Shown piece by piece: positions 1-13,275 of a stretch of DNA of 64,000 bases (its first letter is position 1; each line of letters starts with the position of its first letter). The DNA is from the human T2T-CHM13v2.0 reference genome, Homo sapiens. The translations under genes and the position numbers were made by a program. Where the stretch lies: NCBI RefSeq assembly GCF_009914755.1, contig NC_060929.1. The stretch is one strand, 5' to 3'. The notes below the pieces were generated by a model. The model searched no databases, was not told the DNA's origin, and was given only the letters and a program-made list of their open reading frames with translations.

Positions 1-1017
1 GTGACAACCAGAATGACCCCCAGATGTCCAAATTGGCCCAGGCCCCTGGCATGTGGGTAGCTAGTTCTAGGGTGGGTAGGGCTGAGAGGATGGGAAAGAA
101 GGAGCAGTCTCTGCACTCAGACTGAGACTGCGTGAAAGCTGGGCTCCTCATGCTGGGGAAGGAAGGGTTCCAGTCCCTCAAGCTGTGTTTATGGCATGCC
201 ACTTGCCCCTGGCTCATGCCTTCCACCCACCATTTCCCCCTCCATCTCCAGAAAATCGTTAAGCGCTCCCTACACATTTTCCCTTCATCTACTTGCTGAT
301 GGGCAAAATGCCTGTAAGGAGAGAATACATTTTAATCAGCAGTCATTGATGAAATATATAAAAGCAAACAGTGGTTGAAACGAAGCACTGGAATTCCTTT
401 GCCCCGAAGGCTAATCAGTCCTCAAGTATTTAGTGGCGATATCAGAGCTTCTCCTAATGATAGGGAAAGAAGGTGGTGGGGATGGTGCATGGATTTTCTT
501 CTAGAAAGCAGAAGAGGCTGCTCTGACTCTCCTCTGTGGACTCACAAAGACGGTTCTCACTTCTCTGGCCCTTTTTGCCTAAGGCAAGGAAGACCTGAGG
601 GGAAGCCCGAGGTGTGCTTTTGAAGCACAGAGGATCCTTGCTGTATTTGGCCTATGGAAATAAATGTAATGGCTTTGGAGTATGAAGTTTTCCTTTCTCC
701 AAATGCGACTGGGGAGGGGGTCTCAGAGCTTCGGAGAAGGCAAGTGTAAATTAGGAAGGCTGGCACATGTTCTCTTTGTACTTAGGTGCTAGGATGGTCA
801 CCTCATTTGGATATTGTAACAATTGAGTTTTTATCTCTGGTTGTGTTATATAGAGACTGGGGTTGCATACGTAAAACAGCTGAGCTATGATTCCTAATAT
901 GGGTGCTTGTGTTTTTAAATCCTTGCTCTTTGCTATAAATTAACTCTAATTGTTAATGTGCTTTGATACTGTCTTAAGCTGTGTTTGTTGTGAGAAGATA
1001 ATTCAGAAAGAATTTTT

Positions 1018-1572
1018 AAAATTTCTATATCTTTGGGGATACAAGTGGTTTTTGGTTACATGGATGAGTTCTATAGTGGTGAATTCTGAGATTTTAGTGC
1101 ACCCAGCACCCAAGCAATGTATGCTGTACCCAATACGTAGTCTTTTATCCCTCAGCACCCTCCCAACATCCCCATGCTGAGTCCCCAAAGTCCATTATAT
1201 TACTCTGTATGTCTTTGCTTCCTTATAGCTTAGCTCCCACTTAGAAGTGAGAACATAAGGTACTTGGTTTTCCATTCCTGTGTTACTTCACTTAGAATAA
1301 TGGCCTCCAACTCCATCCAAGTTGCTGCAAAAGCCATTAATTCATTCCTTTTCATGGCTGAATAGTATTCTATGGTGTTATATACCACATTTTCTTTATC
1401 CATACCTTGGCTGCTGGGCACTTAAGTTGTTTTCACATCTTTGCCATTGCAAATTGTGCTGCTATAAACATGAGTGTACATGTGTCTTTTTAATATAATG
1501 ACTTCTTTTCCTTTGGGTAGATACCCCCAGTAGTGGGATTGCTGGGTTGAATGGCAGATCTACTTTTAGTTC
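1018..1572 (-). mobile_element. 5'-truncated L1 3' end (L1PB-like)
   Basis: Minus ORF 1230..1421 encodes L1 ORF2 C-terminus-like sequence (EYYSAMKRNELMAFAATWMELEAIILSEVTQEWKTK). Flanked by a 14-bp TSD, CAGAAAGAATTTTT (1004-1017) / CAGAAAGGATTTTT (1573-1586). Confidence 0.9.
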
Positions 1573-2159
1573 CAGAAAGGATTTTTTTTTTAAATAAAGA
1601 TTACCCATGACTACTACCTGAGCTATCTTACATACAGGATTAGACACAAGGTAATCAATACATAATTTTGCTTCATGACCAAAATAACAGTGCCTCATAC
1701 AAAATGTCCTTTGTGCCAAGGACTGTAACAGAGCCTAAGTTATATTTTAAGTGTACTTGTAAGTGGCTTGAAATGAGAAGGGATAAATCAAGTTGGCTAT
1801 AAAGGGGACATGAGTCTCAGCCTTATCTTCTCTCAGTCTTAGCCTTATCCTTACTCCTGTCATTCTGCAGTCCCCATTTCAGGCATGAGCTCATTGAGGA
1901 CACGTTGTAGCCTCTCTGAATTGTTCACAAGCTATTAAAGTATTTGCAGTGGTGAAAGCTAATATCAGACACTTCACCTCCCTATGATTTTGGAGATGTT
2001 TTAAGATGTGCAGGGACTTACTGAATTGCTAATTAGTGTTGAACTCTTAAAAAGCTTGTGCTACAGAGGAATCATGACCTGGTGAGCAGTTTTATCTGCC
2101 TTTAGAAAGCATGATTATATTTTTCCTCATTAGGCTTTCATCTGAGTCAGAAATTTTAC

Positions 2160-2192
<33 letters not shown>
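2160..2192. repeat. (AAT)n microsatellite
   Basis: About 11 perfect AAT units. Confidence 0.95.
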
Positions 2193-2193
<1 letters not shown>

Positions 2194-2463
2194 TACTTCT
2201 GAACCTAAGAAAGAAAGTACTGGCTTAAGAAAGAAAGGGGAAAAGAGTGATTCTGGGAAACACCAAGACACAGACCTGACTAATGGTAATCAAGTTGATA
2301 ACATGAAAAGGGAATTTATTCGATGAGAGTAAATAAAATTTTGTATCAAAATGAAGCATATAAAATTAAATACAGATGGTTGATTACCATCAAATTGTTG
2401 AATTTCAGTAGAGGCAGTTTCCATTAGTAGAAATCACATTTTTATCTCCGTACCAGCTCATAG

Positions 2464-2531
2464 ACAACATTAATGGTAGAAAAGAGTAATGGGGTTTTTA
2501 GTCCTTCACCCTTGAATCAGTTATATTACAG
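2464..2531 (+). pseudogene. Candidate relic exon A of a putative unitary pseudogene
   Basis: Acceptor ...ctcatag (alternative accag at 2456). Open frame TTLMVEKSNGVFSPSPLNQLYY(R) ends in phase 2 at a weak donor AG|gtccat. Confidence 0.3.
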
Positions 2532-2621
2532 GTCCATGGTTGGGAATCTGATGGCATAAGGATTAAATATGAAACCCCTCTTGCATATCATTATACACGT
2601 AATGTTGTTCTTCACATTCAG

Positions 2622-2732
2622 GTTGATTCATATGGTAATGTAAGGAATTCCAACTGGAATATGGACTTTTATGAATGTTTTTCTTCATCAGTGAAACCAG
2701 CCCTTATTAAGTGGCTGTGATGTGGGTAATGG
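2622..2732 (+). pseudogene. Candidate relic exon B of a putative unitary pseudogene
   Basis: Acceptor ttcttcacattcag and donor GG|gtaaga. 111 nt, phase 2 to 2, reading LIHMVM*GIPTGIWTFMNVFLHQ*NQPLLSGCDVGN(G). Confidence 0.4.
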
Positions 2733-3514
2733 GTAAGAATGTTCTCTCCCTTTCTCCAAGGAAAAATTCATGTGAACAATAGTAAGCTATTTGACTACAG
2801 GTTAACATCAGAATAAAAAGGATACAAAAGTAAAGGCAAATAAACAAGAAAACCTGACTTCAAGCCAAACTCTAAGCTTTTGAAAATGAGAGCCTTTTTG
2901 TATAAAGGAGAAACCATATCTAAAACTAAAAATATCACTTTGTAGATGCTTTGCCTTTGGGATATGGGGCACTTAATTTTCTAAAATGACTTTTTTCTTT
3001 CTATGTATATTAAATGCTGAAATAATTATTCCTTCTGGAGCATCCTTTTAGGCTGAATTGATTCCCTATCATGACTGCTCTGAAATAGTGAACACACAAA
3101 TTGTTTTTTAGAAGGCTGGATATAATATCAGACATGGACTAAGAAAGGCTTCCTCAATTCTTCATATGTCCACTTTGTGACTTACTCTTCTCATCATGTG
3201 CTTTAGAAATGAAACATAAATCAGATTTTCATGTCATTTTTATAAACAATAGTCTTTTGAATCTTTTTAAATAAAATACATGCTTTCTGCTACTAGATGT
3301 CTAGAAAAAAAATGGAGTAATGTTTCTTCCTTGGAGCTCTAGTAAAGATTCTTTTATGTTAATGTTCTTTTTAACAAATGAAGCTTCAGGGTAAAAGTCC
3401 ATTCAGCAACACCAATAGGAAATAAATGACAAGCAACAAACCATAATTAGAAATGTAGTCAAAAAACAAGGCTAGCTCTTAACTGAGAGCTGGTTTTTAA
3501 CCTTGTAGAACATA

Positions 3515-3695
3515 AACACACACATATATATTTGCCATGTATAGTTATATCTATATCTATCTATCCATATCCATATCCCTCTCTCTATATATATAATACA
3601 CACACACATACATATATAGTTATATATATATGCACACATACATATATAGTTATACACACACACAGACACACACACATGCACACACACATATATAG
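3515..3695. repeat. Compound (CA)n/(TA)n low-complexity microsatellite
   Basis: Alternating CA/TA runs with a repeated catatatagttat unit. Confidence 0.9.
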
Positions 3696-4729
3696 TTATC
3701 CAACTAGGTAAAGATACCTTTACCTTTTCCCATAGCAGGCCAAAATATTTGTGCTTTAGAGTACGGGATCAAAACCTTCATTATAGTTAAGCAATGAGAA
3801 TATAAAAGATTTAGACATTGGAAGGCAGGAAGTGGGATAAAAATTGAAGGGAAGAGGGTCTAATATTTCAACAATAAGCCAAGTGTTTCTATATATTATA
3901 CGATCTTCAAGGCAATGCTTTAGGGATAATATCTCCATTTTATAGATGAAGTATAGAGGGATCAAGAATAGCCTCAAGATCATGGACTAAAAATAGGGAT
4001 TTATTGAAGAAATCTGTAGCAAAGGCACGTCTTTGGCAGCACTGGGACAGCAAAATCCAGGGAATGCTGGATACAGGTATCTGAGTGTGGTTGAGTGTGG
4101 TGGGTGGGGACTGAATATCAAACTGGAACCTCCTGATTAGAAGAAACTGAGGCACATAGAAGAAGAGTGCATCTTTGCATGTGAGGCTTGGAGATGAAAA
4201 GAGACACCTGGAGCCTGATTATGTACCAAATGTCTGAGTTGGAAGTGACTGCAGAGATCACCATGTCGGTTTCTGGGCCACTGCAGGTGTTGCTTCTCTC
4301 TGACCAGGCTGAGTGAATGTCCTCTTCCCTGGGGTGAGGTCACTACTACTTGGGAGCTGCTCCCTCCCAAGATAGCTGGGTCAGAAAGTCCTTCTTTGAC
4401 TGAGTTGAAATCTACTTCCCTGGGGGTGTTCCCTGAGAACATGAACAGATTGAGCTACTATGGGAAGGCGAACATCAACTGGCTGGGAAGAAACAGGGAC
4501 TTCAGAATTTGAGGGCATAGGTTACCCACCAAGTGCCAAGAAGGTGCTGGCTGCTACACAACAGGTACTTGAAGCAGATGGAGGACGACCAAGACAGTAA
4601 GGGGTCTTGACTGGAGGGGTCAAAGGGCAGCTGGGCTAGCTTTTTCACGTACAGTGGCTGTTGCTGGGTAGCACATGATATTAATGTGCTGGGAAAAATA
4701 TCCACACAAACCAGAGGCTGTTATACTGA

Positions 4730-5825
4730 TGTCATTTCTATATCAGCCCATGTATGGGAAGTCCTCCAAGACAGATTTAATCTAGGAATTAATTTATCCA
4801 AGAATATACATGCTCTCTGTGAAGAAAAGTTTAAAATATAAATAAAGGACATAGTAGATAATCTGAATAAATAGACATTTCATGCTCTTGGATAAGATGA
4901 CTTATGCAATAAGGGTTATTCTTCTATAATCTTTAGTTTAACCCCAATAAAAATTCCAGTTGGACATTTTTGATGATGGCATTTATTATAAAATTTTACA
5001 GAATAATGAAAGTCAAAAAATAGCAAACCAATCTTTTTTTCTATTGTGGTGAACAAGAGATCTACCTTCTTATCAAAATTGTAAGTGTCCAGTACAATGT
5101 TGCTAACCTAAGCACAATGTTGTACAGCAGATCTCTAGAGTTTTTTCGTAGTAAGCCAGTTTTGAAAAAAGAAGAGTATATGGGGTAACTTTCCCTTGAA
5201 GGTATTAAGACATACTACAAAGCAGCCATGGTACACAATAAAAACAGTGTGATATTGGTGCAAGGACAGTCAAATAGGTCACTGAAACTGAATAGAGAGC
5301 TCAACAATGAATTCATATTGATTGGAAATTTATATAATAGGAAGGTGGTACCATAAGTCAACAGTGAGAGGAAGGATTTTGTAGTAAATGCTAATAGAAA
5401 AACAGGCTCATTAAATGGAGTAAAAAAGATTGATCTTATCATAACACCACATTATAAAAGTGGATTCTAGATGAATTAAAGATCTAAATGTAAAACTTAA
5501 AACCATACAGTTAATTAAAGAAAAATGTAGGATAATATCTTTGTGACTTTAAGATGGGGAAAGATTTAGTAAATAATAATTCAAATGTAAAATCCATAAG
5601 AAAGAAAAGTTGATTTTGATTATATCTGGGCAATGTTATTACAAAGATTAGAATGTCAGTAGTCTGTAAGTAAAGTTTCTAATGCCAACAAAGGACTAAT
5701 ACCTAGAACACACAGATAACTAAAATAACAAGAAAAAGGTAGAAATCCTAGTGGAAAACGGCAAAGTATATGAAAAGAAAATTTACATACTACGTACAAA
5801 ATTTCTACAAGAAAGTATGCAAATA
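4730..5825 (+). mobile_element. Highly decayed old L1 (L1M/L1ME) ORF2 3' fragments
   Basis: A-rich strand with recognisable L1 ORF2 motifs (tactacaaagcagcc...aaaacagtgtgatattgg; gaattaaagatctaaatgtaaaa). Confidence 0.65.
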
Positions 5826-5831
5826 AAAGAA

Positions 5832-6230
5832 TGCTAGGGTTTGGTTTGTTCGACCCCTCTAAATCTCATGTTGAAATTTGTTATCCAGTGTTGGAGGTGG
5901 GGCCTAGTGGGAGGTGTCTGGGTTATGAGGGCAGATGCTTTATAAATAGATTAATGACCTCCAGGGGGCAGAGTGAGTGAGTTCTCACTGTTCTCCTGAG
6001 AGCTGGTAGTTAAAAAGAGCATGGCACCTCTCCTTGTTCACCACGTGATTTCTGCATGCACCAACTCTCCTTTTCCACCACTAGTGGAAGCAGCCTGAAG
6101 CCCTCACCAGAAGCAGAAGCTTGCATCTGCTTCTTGTGTAGCCTGCAGAACTGTGAGCCAAATAAACTTCTTTTTAAAAAATAAATTATCCAGCCTCATG
6201 TATTCCTCTATAGCAACACAGACTAATACA
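5832..6230 (+). mobile_element. MaLR solo LTR (MSTB-like)
   Basis: TG...CA termini. Typical MST motifs aaatctcatgttgaaa, cagaactgtgagccaaataaac and gactaataca. 5-bp flanks aagaa/aataa. Confidence 0.85.
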
Positions 6231-6743
6231 AATAATATACATTGTTACCTATGAAGAGGAAAGAATATGCTAGTGGGGCATAGAGATTTAACAAATATGC
6301 ATGTGAAAAAACAAAGTAAGTAATGAATAAATAAGAAAGGGGTTCTGCATGAACCAAAGAACTGAGTCCCACTAATTGAGGAGTATAATTGCCTTACCCT
6401 TCTCCAATGGAGACACAAAAACAAAAGAAGAAAAGAGATGAAGCTGTATATGTCTCTTTCAAGCTTCAGGCCCACCCACCTCTTCCTAGTTTTATCTCTT
6501 TAGGCCATTTAAACATCTCCTTGTTAGATAATTAGGTAACCCCAGAGGCTGTTCTGATGATTACCTGAATTAATGTATAAAGACATCTGTCACTGAGTAT
6601 ATACTCAAATACTGGTTTCCTCTTCCTCATTTTAATATTTTCTTTTTCATCTGCCTTTCACCTAGTAGTTCTTTATTTGAAATCTTTCAAAACCCTTCAC
6701 CATTGTGTTCATTCTCCCCTGTTTTTTTCTTTCTCTTTTGAAG

Positions 6744-6940
6744 TATGGTCACCTTAGTACCCTACTGAAAGTATGTTTCTGATGCGTCCCTCTTCTGGAG
6801 ATGGCACATCTGTGAATGCAGGCTGGGAAGACATGGGTGGTTTCAGCAGCCACGTCGCCACCCACCCAGCCTCCATCCCTACCCTGGAAATCTATCGTGT
6901 AACTCTGCTGCTAAAGCCCTTTCTCTCCTATCCTCTCTTG
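6744..6940 (+). pseudogene. Candidate relic exon C of a putative unitary pseudogene
   Basis: Strong polypyrimidine acceptor (tttttttctttctcttttgaag) and consensus donor G|gtgagt. 197 nt, phase 2 to 1, with 65 codons and one stop: MVTLVPY*KYVSDASLFWRWHICECRLGRHGWFQ... Confidence 0.45.
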
Positions 6941-7324
6941 GTGAGTTGTTTCTTAGCCCTGAGTAAAATATAGGATGTAGATATCTGTTAGATTTTTATT
7001 AAATTTGACCTCAGATTTGCCCTCAGACTGTTCATTGTGTTATCAAAAAATTTCCTCCAGGTTTGTATCATTTCCAAATTTGATAAATGTATCATGTAGA
7101 TTTCTTGGGCCGAGCTAGGAAAAAATTGGCGAAAGTTACAGAAAAGCAGGTTTAGCCACAACATAAGGAAAACCTTTAGTAATGAGAATGATTTTAGAAT
7201 GGTCTTTAAAAGGAATTAATTTTTAGGAGGGTAGTCAATTCCTTGTCACCAGAAGTGCCCATGATGTAGCTGCTGGATCAAGGCAGGCATTGGAGTCCAG
7301 TGGATCTTATCCCTCCCTCACCTA

Positions 7325-7470
7325 TATTGCTAGTTTTTAAAAAACTTCCCAAGGCTTGCCCCTTAGCCTAAAATATTTTTATTTCATTGATCTGGCATGG
7401 AACCAGACATCAGATTTCTTTTTTAAAGCTCCCAGGTGAATACAATATGGCCCCATTGCTGAGAACATCT
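7325..7470. mobile_element. MER5-like hAT DNA transposon remnant
   Basis: Motifs tttaaagctcccaggtga and ttgctgagaaca-ctg resemble MER5A. Confidence 0.5.
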
Positions 7471-8336
7471 GTTGTAAAAAGTACCGTTGACGCCTAGGTT
7501 GGGAAAGTTGGGTCTGACAACCTAAAGTTTTTCCTTTTGCCTTATGAGATTATGTATTTTAACTTCCTATCTGGTAGAAAGATGGGTGCTTAGTGCCTTT
7601 TTATGCTGACCTTTCCTCCTTGTGTTTTCTTCAAACCAAGCTTTCTCCCCTGTGTCCACACCGGAGCTGTCTTTGTCAAAGGTAGTGTGTACTTTTACTT
7701 TTGGCTGCTGAAATATTGTTCTCACTTTGAGATCAATTGCCTTAAAGTGCTTTGTTAACCCCTCAAACGGGAAATCGCAGCACTTTCTCCAAAGGGACAA
7801 TTTTCTGTAGAAGAAGCTATTTAAATAGCAGCACAAGATTGAAGACAACACATTTAACTGTGAAAAGGTCATCCTCAGTAGTCTTAAGAATAAGGTGGGT
7901 TTTGTTTTTTTTTTTCTGTTCTGTATGTTGAACTGGTTTAGAAAACTCCAGATTCTTGTTAACTTTGACAATTGGAAAAGCCATTAAGGGATGATTACAA
8001 GACCTTCCATCTATAGGCACTTGTTAATTATCTGCATCCTGCAGGGAAGAGAATGAAGTTGGGAGGAAAAGGGAACAAAGAACAGGGAAAAAAGAACAGA
8101 GAGAAATCAGCTGCAGAACTCCAACTTGAAGTCCTCTCATCAGCATTGGCTTCTTGTTTTTCTGCAGAGCGAACTTTTCATGAAATTTGAGTCCTGAGGT
8201 GCCTCTTTGTCCTTTCAGACTCACTATCTGCTCTTTCTGCCTTTTTAACTCCCCCGAGGGTAGATGGGCAGGCTGCTCTCCTGTGACACAGTGCCATTTT
8301 TTAGAGTTAATTCTTATGTCTTTTGCTTCCTTTCAG

Positions 8337-8389
8337 GAAAATGTTCATTGCTTGACATTGTAACAGGCTCCTTAAATACCTGTGAAAGG
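8337..8389 (+). pseudogene. Candidate relic exon D of a putative unitary pseudogene
   Basis: Acceptor tcttttgcttcctttcag and donor AGG|gtaaag. Phase 1 to 0, open frame (G)KCSLLDIVTGSLNTCER. Confidence 0.45.
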
Positions 8390-9849
8390 GTAAAGTTCAC
8401 TAAAACAGAATCCATTGCTTCTGGTTGAATAGCAATAATACTTGATTCAAAATCTTAACCTTCCAACTATTAAAATGTTAAATGTAAACAGACTCTTATG
8501 TTGCCTTAAATAAATGCCTTCCTTAAAAAACAAAAACAAAAACAACTGTTTCTCAAATTAATTTTCCCAGATTCATAGATTTCTCTCCTTAACCTGATAA
8601 TTGGCCAAACAGTATTTACTCCTAAATACTGTTTCTAAATTCTTGTGTTCAGCGCACTGGGATGCATGAGGGTATATTTTTTAAGGCACAAAGAAAATTT
8701 GTTTGCCTGTGATCTCACTAATAGGTGTTTATTGCCCTCCTGGAGCCACAGTTGCTGTGTCATCTCAAGGCTGGAATTCTGGATGAAGAGGAGGAGCTTT
8801 TTTGGGGTAGAACCTGAAGGATGGGGATGGGGCATTCATTTATTCATAAAATTATATGCTCTCCTTGGACATATAGAAAAAATCGTAAGTTCATGTTTAT
8901 GCAGATAATTTTTAATTCATATGCTTTTTTGGGAACATAAAAAATGATGCATATATAAAACAAAAAGAAGTACCATGCCTCAACTGCATGCTTTCAGAAC
9001 GTTGGCTGATGTGTAGTGTCAAGCAGGCTTCTCGATAAAAAAAAAAACAACAATGAACAGAATCGGTGAGGAATTTTAGTTTTGGCTTAGCTCTTCTTGA
9101 CACCCAAAGATTTCACTTTAGAAGTCTGACCCCCAAAAGGGCTAGGGATAGGTAAGTGCTCACTGCTCCAGGAAGTTCTTCTAACTCTTCCGGGACCCTT
9201 TTGAATTGTTTGCATGATTGTAGGAACCAGGCTTAAAGAATTTCCCAACCAAGAGTCAGTGCTCTGTGGCCTGGTGGAGGTTGACAATGTTGACATGACC
9301 AGGTGTGACCACCTCCCTTCAATCTCCTGGAAGCCTTCCCTCAGTGTATGGTCCAGGCACCATTACTTAGCCTGGAGGAATGGAGACCATTGCAACTAGA
9401 AGGAATCTTGGTGTCTTGGCCAGTAAGAGGCTCTCAGACCAGCACAGCCACCTGATCTTTGGGTCCTGGCTGCCTGAAAATTTTGGTTCAATTAAAAAAT
9501 GACCAAACAAGAGCGTGCATATAAACTAGCTCCTGTTGTATAGCTGGCTGCTGCCAGGATTCATGTTACAGATGGGATGGAAATGAGTTTTGTTAATTAC
9601 ATAATTTTGAACTATTTAATTCAGCTAAAATTATACCAGACCCATTTGATGAATAGATTGTGAATATGAATAAGCTTTGGTATGCATTTGTCTTATATTT
9701 GAGTAAAATTCCATATTTATATGCCAATCACCGATCTTCTCTAACTATGACTATCATCAGTTCAAGCAGCCCTCCTACTTGTGTTTTTATTTTCATAAGA
9801 CCTGCTACTTACAAAATTGTCAGTGCCTCTGATCTAGACTATGGTTGTC

Positions 9850-10340
9850 TAGGACCTGCTTGTCCTCAGATACTTTTCTTGTTTTTTCCCTGCTGTGTTT
9901 TTTCACAAAGGGGCTGAGCCATGAAGGCTGTTGTTTATCAAATTCCTGTGTTAGCTGGATTCTCACTTAGTGTAGCCAGTAGGAGGCACTGGTTAGAGAT
10001 TGGAGGGAGGCTGGGATACAGCAGAAGGGAGAAGCCAGGGTATTTCTCCTTCTTCCTTTCTGCCTTGGGCTGATTCTCTGGCAGCAGGCACATTAATCCC
10101 GTGGCTCCAACTCCCATTGTACAGGCCCAGCATGGGTCAAGCCTTTGTTGGATGATTGAATCTCCTGAACTCCAGCAATACCACCTTCCCTCTTTGTTCT
10201 CCAGCCTAGTGGTTGTAGTGGCTTCCTTTTGTAGGTAATGTCTGAGTTACTGCATCATCCCATTTGGCTCTCAGCTTTTCTGTAACCTGTGTAACTCATT
10301 CTGTGCATTAAATTCCCTGTTATAAATACTTTCAGTGGTA
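9850..10340 (+). mobile_element. ERVL-class solo LTR (LTR33-like)
   Basis: Motifs aggaggcactgg...gagattggaggg, agccagggtatttctc and gcattaaattccc resemble LTR33. Confidence 0.6.
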
Positions 10341-10929
10341 CATAATCCAACCTCCTCATTTTATAAAGAAAAAATATGAAGATCAGAGCAATTAAAGTAT
10401 GCCTCCTAAAGCTATCTGGAAGTCAGATTTCTAGCAATTTCAATCACTGACAACACATTTAAACACCCAGGAGTAAGAAAACTGTAACATCTTTAATGGG
10501 AGTAGCTAGCAAAAATTCTTGCACTAATACTAATTCATCAACCCCTGTAAGCCGACCTTCATTCAGCCTGTTATTTCTGTTTTTGCAAGAAATTACTTAA
10601 GTTGCTGTCACAACTAAGTTCTCCTGGGAAACTGGTGTTCATATTTGCCTAGTTGCAGCATTACTCACATGCTATTATTCACTGCATAGAGCCTTCATAG
10701 CCCGGAATGATGGATGCATCTCCCCAGACACCTAATTTACTATTAACTAGAGACTCAGTGGAAAGAATCTGGGTCAATAATTCGTAGAAGCACAGAGAAC
10801 TGAAACCCCAATACCTAGAACTAAACAAATTAGGGGTTTATTTTTTCTTGCACAATAGGAAGCCAGAGATGGGGGTTGCTGGCAGTAATTTCAGCTCAAG
10901 GATGGAAGTCAGCTCAGGGCTGAGACCTT

Positions 10930-11900
10930 CATGGTGGTGGTAGCCCTGGCTATGGAGGTGTGCTGTTTGGATCTTCCTTCAAGGAAGAATTTGCCATCTT
11001 GAGAGCCCCCAAATTCAGTGCCTTCAGAATCTGCCTCAGCTTTTGATCCAAGGCTACACTTTTTTTCAGGTAGCTCCCAAGCAATGGCAGAGCATGCAGG
11101 GGACACTTGGGCATGGCCATGGCCATTTCTGCCCAATGCAGACCTCCTCTAATGGGCAACCTTTGCTCTGGAGGTTGCTATTGGGCTTGCTGAAATTTTG
11201 TTAGATGTGCATCATTGTTCAAGGCTCCTCCTGCTCAATATTGTCTCCTTCCGCTTTTCTTTTCATAAAGGTGTATGGCAGATGAACCTGACAGCAATAA
11301 CATAAGTGTATCCCAAGAATGACACTGTATGGCAGATGAACCTGACAGCAACAAGTTAAGCATACCCTGAGAATGACCATATGGTCTAAGAAGAATGCAT
11401 ATTCAGAGTTGGGAGCTACAGAATCTGGGTGTGGCCAACCTGGAGATTCATTCCTTGTCTATGAGGGACATCTGAGCCTTCAGCCCATCCTGTGGAATGC
11501 AGGCAATACAGGGGACCAAGGCCCATTGTTTTAGATTAAATGAAGATTTCCAAGTGGAGGTTGCTAAGTGAAAATGCTGTATAAATTGCATGCTTTTAAT
11601 AAGTGGTTGCAGTTCTCCTCTCCAGCCCACTGCCACTGGACCACCCCTGTATGTAAGTTTCCTCAACAAACCCTATGTATTCTTCACTGGCTCTAGGTCT
11701 CTTCTTGGGCCTCTTAAACATGGTGCGGTTTCTGCTGAAGTCATAGGGGTCCAGCATGTCAAAGCGTCAAATCAGCATTGTAATCTAAAGACTTTTCTCA
11801 CCCAATCCTATTCCACATCCCTACTCCCACCTTGCTTTTTGCCTCTACAGTCACAATAAAGCTCTCCCAGTCTTACTTCTGACTCAGTGTTTGCTTCCTG
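10930..11900 (+). mobile_element. Old ERVL LTR (LTR16-like) interrupted by an LTR47-like element
   Basis: LTR16-type motifs on both sides of 11272-11761, with an AATAAA at ~11855. Confidence 0.4.
11272..11761 (+). mobile_element. ERVL solo LTR (LTR47-like)
   Basis: TG...CA termini. Contains gcagatgaacctgacagcaa (tandemly repeated at 11272 and 11326), ctgagaatgacc and a TATA-like gtataaa at ~11579. Confidence 0.8.
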
Positions 11901-12890
11901 GAGGTTCCCACTGGCAGTTCTTCTCTTGGCCCTTTCTTAGTGGTCTACTTGAGGTTGCAAATGGCTGTCCCACCTCCAGCATCTCAGCACTGTACCCATG
12001 TTTCCAGCAAACAGTGGTACTATCAGCTAATTCTGCTCTTCTTGTAGAGATTCTTCCTGCTTTCATTTCTTAGCCAGAGCTGCGTTGCATAACTCCAGCA
12101 TCCACAAGTGGGACTGGAAAATATTTTTTGTTGGGTTGTTTCAGCTGAACATATTGTGGTCCCTATGAAATGGAATTCTGTTACTAAGAGAGAAGAAAAG
12201 AATAGTCAGTGGGCAATTGGTAGTTTCTACCCGCTTTATTTTCATTTATGGAAAATCTTGAGTTTATGTGCTTGTTGATAATATAGATGGTAACCAGGCA
12301 TGAAGAGACAGCTGACCATCTGCCTTTTGGTATAATTTGGGGAGGGATTTCTGCCTCTGGAAAGGGGAGGAGAGAAAAAAAAGATGAGGCTTACCATTAA
12401 GCACATCCGTATGGTTGGAATCTCTAGTCTAAGCTAGTATTTGCATTTAACAGATAAGGAAACTATTATCAAATAACAGATAAGGGAGATTAAGCATTCT
12501 TTTACAAGTACGCCTACAAAGTACACATTCTAAATGCTTAGGATTAATAGTAAACAAAACAGTTAAAAATTTCCACCCCAAGGGGCTTAAGGACTCACCC
12601 ACAGGGGCAGGATTGAAACTGGAAGCCAGGTGTCTTAAATGCCATTGCTATATTGTTGGGGTCAAAAAGACTGTAACTTTAAGGTTGCTTGGAATTCAAA
12701 TGAGGTAAATATTATGATTGAAAGACATTAGTGTTTTGTCTGCTTTGGGAGGTATTGGGAGATTCCGGAACAATCTTTGTCTTAAGAATCTGACCAAACT
12801 CTACATCAAATGACAGTTCAATAATACCTGCTGGCCACCTCCCTTTCCCCCAACCCTGTCTTCTCTTCAACAATTCTTGGGTTTTTCTTT

Positions 12891-13275
12891 CTTTTTTTAA
12901 AATTTTACTTTTAGTTCTGGGATACAAGTTCAGAATGTGCAGGTTTCTTACATAGGTATACATGTGCCATGGTGGTTTGCTGCACCTGTCAACTGTCTTG
13001 TAGGTTTTAAGCCCTGTTTGCATTAGATATTTGTCTTAATGCTCTCCCTCCCCTTCCCCGCCACCCCTCCAACAGGCCCTGGTGTGTGATGTTCCCCTCC
13101 CTGTGTACATGGGTTCTCATTGTTCAACTCCCACTTATGAGTGAGAACATATGGTTTTTGCTTTTCTGTTCCTGTGTTAGTTTGCTGAGAACGATGGCTT
13201 CTAGCTTCATCCGTGTCCCTGCAAAGGACATGAACTCATTCTTTTTTATGGCTGCATAGTATTCTATGGTGTATA
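12891..13275 (-). mobile_element. 5'-truncated L1PA (about PA7-8) 3' end
   Basis: ORF2 C-terminal peptide in minus ORF 13124..13372, L1 3'UTR, and a perfect 12-bp TSD GGGTTTTTCTTT (12879-12890 / 13276-13287). Confidence 0.92.

Noticed and set aside
2340-2720. NIDO-domain-like reading (LNTDG..., LIxxxNG, GNV-GIPTGIWTF)
   Set aside because: Needs several ad hoc frameshifts and substitutions. The frameshift-free exon chain explains the same bases more simply.
3472-3687. Cys/Val/Tyr-rich ORF (also 58123..58548)
   Set aside because: Translation of CA/TA microsatellites.
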